From contig DATBDM010000131.1 of the NCBI GenBank assembly GCA_036269915.1, positions 4,749-68,748 of the forward strand: a stretch of 64,000 nt of DNA, written 5' to 3'. Each line of letters starts with the position of its first letter. Positions within the stretch are counted from its first letter, which is position 1. Position numbers and translations under genes: made by a program. This stretch comes from Solirubrobacteraceae bacterium (GTDB taxonomy: Bacteria > Actinomycetota > Thermoleophilia > Solirubrobacterales > Solirubrobacteraceae). This document shows, piece by piece, positions 60,553-64,000 of the stretch. The notes beneath the pieces were generated by a model that made no database searches, was not told the origin of the DNA, and worked only from the letters and a program-made list of their open reading frames with translations.

Positions 60553-61557
60553 ATGCGCCTGCTCGTGCTCGGAGGATCGTCGTTCGTGGGCCGCGCCGTC
60601 GTCGAGGACGGCATGCGGCGCGGCTGGAGCGTCGCGACGTTCAACCGCGGGACTCGTCCCGCGGTGGACGCCGCGGTCGAGCCGCTCGTCGGCGACCGCG
60701 TCGACCCCGCGGACCTCCACGTCCTGCGCGGGCGGGAGTGGGACGTGGTGGTCGACACCTGGTCCGGCGCACCCCGAGCGGCGGCGGACAGCGCCGCCGT
60801 GCTCGCCGGCCACGCGGGCGTTTACGCATACGTCTCGAGCGGCTCGGTGTATGCGCCCCCGCCGCCGGTCGGCGGCGACGAGTCGAGCTCGACCGTCGAG
60901 GCCGCGGCCGACGCGACCGGGGGCGACTACCCCCAGCTCAAGCGCGGCGCCGAGCTGGCGATCGAGCAGGCATTCGGCGACCGGGCGCTGCTCGCTCGCG
61001 CGGGACTGATCCTCGGTCCGCACGAGGACGTCGGCCGGCTGCCGTGGTGGCTGCTGCGCATGCATCGGGGCGGCGAGGTGCTCGCGCCCGGCCCGCGCGA
61101 GCTGCCGATCCAGTACGTCGACGCGCGCGATCTCGCCGCGTGGATGCTCGATGCTGCGCTTGCCGGCCGCTCGGGCGCGTACAACGTGGTCCGCCGCGCG
61201 GGCGAGGAGACGATGGGCTCGCTGCTCGACGCGTGCCGCGAGGTCGCGGGCGCGCGCGACACGACGCTCACGTGGGTCGCGCCCGAGGCCGTGCTGGCCG
61301 CGGGCATCGAGCCATGGAGCGAGCTGCCCGTCTGGATCCCGGCCGAGCACGAGTATCGCGGCATGCACGCCGCGAACGTCGAGCGCGCGTACGCGGCCGG
61401 CCTGCGCCCGCGCCCATTGCGCGAGACCGTGGCCGACACCTGGAGCTGGCTGGAGTCGGTGGATCTCGAGCCGCCGCAGCGCGCGGATCGCGATCGCCCC
61501 GGCCTGGATCCGGCGAAGGAGGCCGCGGCGCTCGAGGCGGCTGCGGCCGCCCGCTGA
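60553..61557 (+). CDS. NAD-dependent epimerase/dehydratase family (extended SDR) protein
   Basis: Rossmann start '[17 protein letters not shown]'; 'YVSSGSVY', 'YPQLK' (YxxxK). An alternative ATG lies at 60541. Confidence 0.75.
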   Translation: MRLLVLGGSSFVGRAVVEDGMRRGWSVATFNRGTRPAVDAAVEPLVGDRVDPADLHVLRGREWDVVVDTWSGAPRAAADSAAVLAGHAGVYAYVSSGSVYAPPPPVGGDESSSTVEAAADATGGDYPQLKRGAELAIEQAFGDRALLARAGLILGPHEDVGRLPWWLLRMHRGGEVLAPGPRELPIQYVDARDLAAWMLDAALAGRSGAYNVVRRAGEETMGSLLDACREVAGARDTTLTWVAPEAVLAAGIEPWSELPVWIPAEHEYRGMHAANVERAYAAGLRPRPLRETVADTWSWLESVDLEPPQRADRDRPGLDPAKEAAALEAAAAAR

Positions 61558-61588
61558 CGCGCCCGGCGCACCCGGGTAGGGTTGCCGC

Positions 61589-61774
61589 ATGGCCTCCAAA
61601 GCCCTCGTGAGACCGCGCAGCGGGCGCATCGTCGCCGGCGTCTGCCTGGCGCTCGCACGCCGCTTCGACATCCGCCCGTGGCAGATGCGCGGGCTGTTCG
61701 TGCTCTCGTGCCTGCTGCCCGGGCCGCAGGTGCTGCTGTATCTCGCTCTCTGGCTCATCTTGCCCTCCGAGTAG
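61589..61774 (+). CDS. PspC-domain membrane protein
   Basis: '[38 protein letters not shown].....[11 protein letters not shown]', the typical PspC domain. Confidence 0.85.
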   Translation: MASKALVRPRSGRIVAGVCLALARRFDIRPWQMRGLFVLSCLLPGPQVLLYLALWLILPSE

Positions 61775-61806
61775 CCGGGGGGCGAGTTTTCTCGCCCCCC
61801 GGCTAC
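61771..61806 (+). terminator. perfect 16-bp stem / TTTT loop hairpin overlapping the pspC-domain gene stop codon
   Basis: GTAGCCGGGGGGCGAG-TTTT-CTCGCCCCCCGGCTAC with exactly complementary arms. No 3' U-tract. The next start codon lies 8 nt downstream. Confidence 0.55.
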
Positions 61807-61813
61807 TCGAGGC

Positions 61814-62170
61814 ATGAGCTCACCCGATGACGCGCCTCCCGTCGCCACCCTCAGCCGGGCGCTGGTGGAGTGCCTGGCTCCTGTCACGCAGATCCTCGAC
61901 CACATGGCGCGCGCGCCCGCGGCGCCGGACATCCCGGCCGCGGTCGATCAGCTGAGACGCACGCTCGACGACGTCCTCGCGCCGCTCGACGACGAGTTCG
62001 CGGAGGCCGACGTCACGCGCGCCGCGGAGATCGTCGACCGCGCGACCGACGTGATCCTCTCCGAGGTGCTGCTCGTGCCGCATCCCGTCGGCTCCGGCGG
62101 CGGCCGGCACCGGCCGGGACGGGCCGCCCCGCCGGGGGGAAACCGCGCGGCGCGGCGGCAGCGCCGATGA
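61814..62170 (+). CDS. hypothetical protein
   Basis: 118-aa ORF with GC-rich third codon positions, an acidic helical body and an Arg/Gly-rich tail. No motif recognised. Confidence 0.4.
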   Translation: MSSPDDAPPVATLSRALVECLAPVTQILDHMARAPAAPDIPAAVDQLRRTLDDVLAPLDDEFAEADVTRAAEIVDRATDVILSEVLLVPHPVGSGGGRHRPGRAAPPGGNRAARRQRR

Positions 62171-62203
62171 GCCTGGCGCTCACGTCGTCGTACCGTCGAT
62201 GGG

Positions 62204-63523
62204 GTGAACGCGTCACGCCGCGCCTGGCTGATGTGGGCGCTGGGCGTCACGGCGTACTGCATCGCGGTCTTCCACCGAGCCTCGCTCGGGGTGGCCGGCC
62301 CCTTGGCGCAGCAGCGCTTCGGCGCGACCGCCGCGGTGCTCAGCCTCTTCATCGTCCTGCAGCTCGGGGTCTACGCGTCGCTGCAGGTGCCGGTCGGCGT
62401 GCTGCTCGACCGCGTCGGCTCGCGGCGGATGGTCGCGGCGGGCGCCGCGACGATGGCGGCCGGCCAGATCGTGCTCGCCGAATCGCACTCGGTGGGGCTC
62501 GCCGTGCTCGGCCGCGTGCTCGTCGGCACCGGCGACGCGATGACGTTCACGAGCGTGCTGCGCCTCGTCGCCGCCTGGTTCCCGCCGCGCCGCGTCCCGA
62601 TCGTCACCCAGCTCTCGGGCCTGCTCGGACAGCTCGGCCAGGTCGCGGCGGCGATCCCGCTCGTCGCGTTGCTGCACCACGAGGGCTGGACGCCGTCGTT
62701 CCTCGGCGCGGGCGCCGCCGGCCTCGTCGTTGCCGTGCTCGTCGCGCTCTGGATGCGCGACGCGCCGCCGTCGGCGCACGTGCATCCGCCGCCGTCCAGC
62801 GCCCACGAGGTCCGCGGGCATCTGCGCGCGGCCTGGCGCGAGCCGGGGACGCGGCTCGGCCTGTGGACCCACTTCGCCACCCAGTTCTCGGGGCTCGTGT
62901 TCGGGCTGCTCTGGGGCTATCCGTTCCTGGTCCAGGGCGAGGGACGCTCGCCGCAGCAGGCCGCCGCGCTGCTCACCGTGCTCGTGATCGCGGCCGTGGC
63001 GATCGGGCCGGTGATCGGCCAGCTGATCGGCCGCTGGCCGTACCGCCGCTCGATTCCGACGCTGGCCGTCGTCAGCGCCAGCGCGACGATCTGGACGGTC
63101 GTGCTCGTGTGGCCCGGTCGTGCGCCGCTCGCGCTGCTTGTCGTGCTCGTGCTCGTGCTCGCCACCAACGGGCCGGGGTCGATGGTCGGCTTCGACTACG
63201 CGCGCACCGAGAACGAGCCCGCGCGGCTCGGGTCGGCGACGGGGATCGTCAACGTCGGCGGCTTCGTTGCGTCGCTGACGACGATCCTTCTGATCGGCCT
63301 GCTGCTCAACCTCCAGCACCCGGGCGGGACCGGTGGGTACACGCTGGACGACTTCCGCCTCGCCTTCTCCGCGCAGTACCTCATCTGGGCGGTCGGCCTG
63401 CTCGGCGTGATCCACGCGCGCCGGCGGCTGCGCGCCCTCCGCGCGCCCGAGCTCGACGCCTTCCCGCGCGCGGTCGTGCGCGTGACGCGCGACGCCCGGG
63501 AGCGGCGCTCGCGGGCCAGGTGA
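62204..63523 (+). CDS. MFS transporter
   Basis: 12-TM-like hydrophobic profile. 'GVLLDRVGSRRMV' (the MFS loop 2-3 motif), 'GTGDAMTFTSVLRLVAAWFPPRR'. GTG start. Confidence 0.85.
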   Translation: MNASRRAWLMWALGVTAYCIAVFHRASLGVAGPLAQQRFGATAAVLSLFIVLQLGVYASLQVPVGVLLDRVGSRRMVAAGAATMAAGQIVLAESHSVGLAVLGRVLVGTGDAMTFTSVLRLVAAWFPPRRVPIVTQLSGLLGQLGQVAAAIPLVALLHHEGWTPSFLGAGAAGLVVAVLVALWMRDAPPSAHVHPPPSSAHEVRGHLRAAWREPGTRLGLWTHFATQFSGLVFGLLWGYPFLVQGEGRSPQQAAALLTVLVIAAVAIGPVIGQLIGRWPYRRSIPTLAVVSASATIWTVVLVWPGRAPLALLVVLVLVLATNGPGSMVGFDYARTENEPARLGSATGIVNVGGFVASLTTILLIGLLLNLQHPGGTGGYTLDDFRLAFSAQYLIWAVGLLGVIHARRRLRALRAPELDAFPRAVVRVTRDARERRSRAR

Positions 63524-63601
63524 GACGGGAGCGGCGAGGAGGTCGCGCGTGCGCGCGCGGAGTGGGACACTGAGCTTCGCCGTTCGACGCGAGGAGTCCC
63601 C

Positions 63602-64000
63602 ATGAGCACGCCCGATCGCCCGCGCACCACCACCGACTCCGGCATCCCCGCCCCCAGCGACGAGCACTCGCTGACCGTCGGGCCTTCCGGCCCGATCGCC
63701 CTGCACGACCACTACGTCGTGCAGAAGATGCAGCACTTCAACCGCGAGCGGGTGCCCGAGCGCGTCGTGCACGCGAAGGGCGGCGGCGCCCATGGCTTCT
63801 TCGAGGTCAGCAACGACGTCACCCAGTTCACCAAGGCCGACTTCCTGTCCACGGTCGGCAAGCGGACCGAGACCTTCGCGCGCTTCTCGACCGTCGCCGG
63901 CGAGCAGGGCTTCCCGGACACCGTGCGCGACCCCCGCGGCTTCGCGCTGAAGTTCTACACCGACGACGGCAACTTCGACATGGTCGGCAACAACACGCCG
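63602..64000 (+). CDS. heme catalase, 3' end cut by window edge
   Basis: Not in the ORF track because there is no stop in the window. Manual translation from ATG 63602, preceded by the SD GAGGAG, gives '[46 protein letters not shown]...[39 protein letters not shown]', which are the canonical catalase N-terminal motifs. Confidence 0.93.
   Translation, partial: MSTPDRPRTTTDSGIPAPSDEHSLTVGPSGPIALHDHYVVQKMQHFNRERVPERVVHAKGGGAHGFFEVSNDVTQFTKADFLSTVGKRTETFARFSTVAGEQGFPDTVRDPRGFALKFYTDDGNFDMVGNNTP

Overview
Very GC-rich chromosomal segment that looks actinobacterial. This is inferred from the protein idiom, the frequent GTG starts and the many 4-nt ATGA/GTGA start/stop overlaps. All six frames carry long open frames. 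I kept only frames with recognisable domain motifs and trimmed the read-through N-termini reported by the ORF track. I call 57 CDS, two of them cut by the window edges: fabD at the 5' end and a catalase at the 3' end. I saw no rRNA, tRNA, CRISPR array, transposase, integrase or phage genes. Gene content: a NarL-type two-component pair plus an orphan kinase; lipid genes (fabD, acyl-CoA synthetase, plsC, a glycerophosphodiesterase); two c-di-GMP enzymes (GGDEF-EAL and GGDEF-HD-GYP); a nagA / sugar-porter / SIS amino-sugar cluster; three large secreted enzymes (an (alpha/alpha)6-like glycosidase, an M36 fungalysin-type protease and a GH15 glucoamylase); a co-directional RNase H-recC-recB-recD-HhH-GPD array; monomeric isocitrate dehydrogenase; and a stress/detox block (P450, ArsR-AHSA1, VOC, SRPBCC, PspC, catalase). 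I found no single clear-cut new system. The best candidates for follow-up are: (1) a HisKA_3 histidine kinase with a C-terminal ASCH (PUA-like) domain; (2) a MoaD/ThiS-like ubiquitin-fold protein ending in GG-T, translationally coupled to a cytoplasmic BNR/Asp-box propeller; (3) two intergenic composite palindromic elements (about 9.16-9.57 kb and 19.74-19.99 kb) that share the same terminal inverted repeat CCGGCGAACGTCAACCC and GCACGT-core sub-repeats, so they look MITE/REP-like; (4) a Hanks-type pseudokinase lacking all catalytic residues; (5) a pair of 14-bp LacI-type palindromes bracketing the start of the large secreted glycosidase-like gene. All domain assignments come from reading motifs by eye, not from searches.
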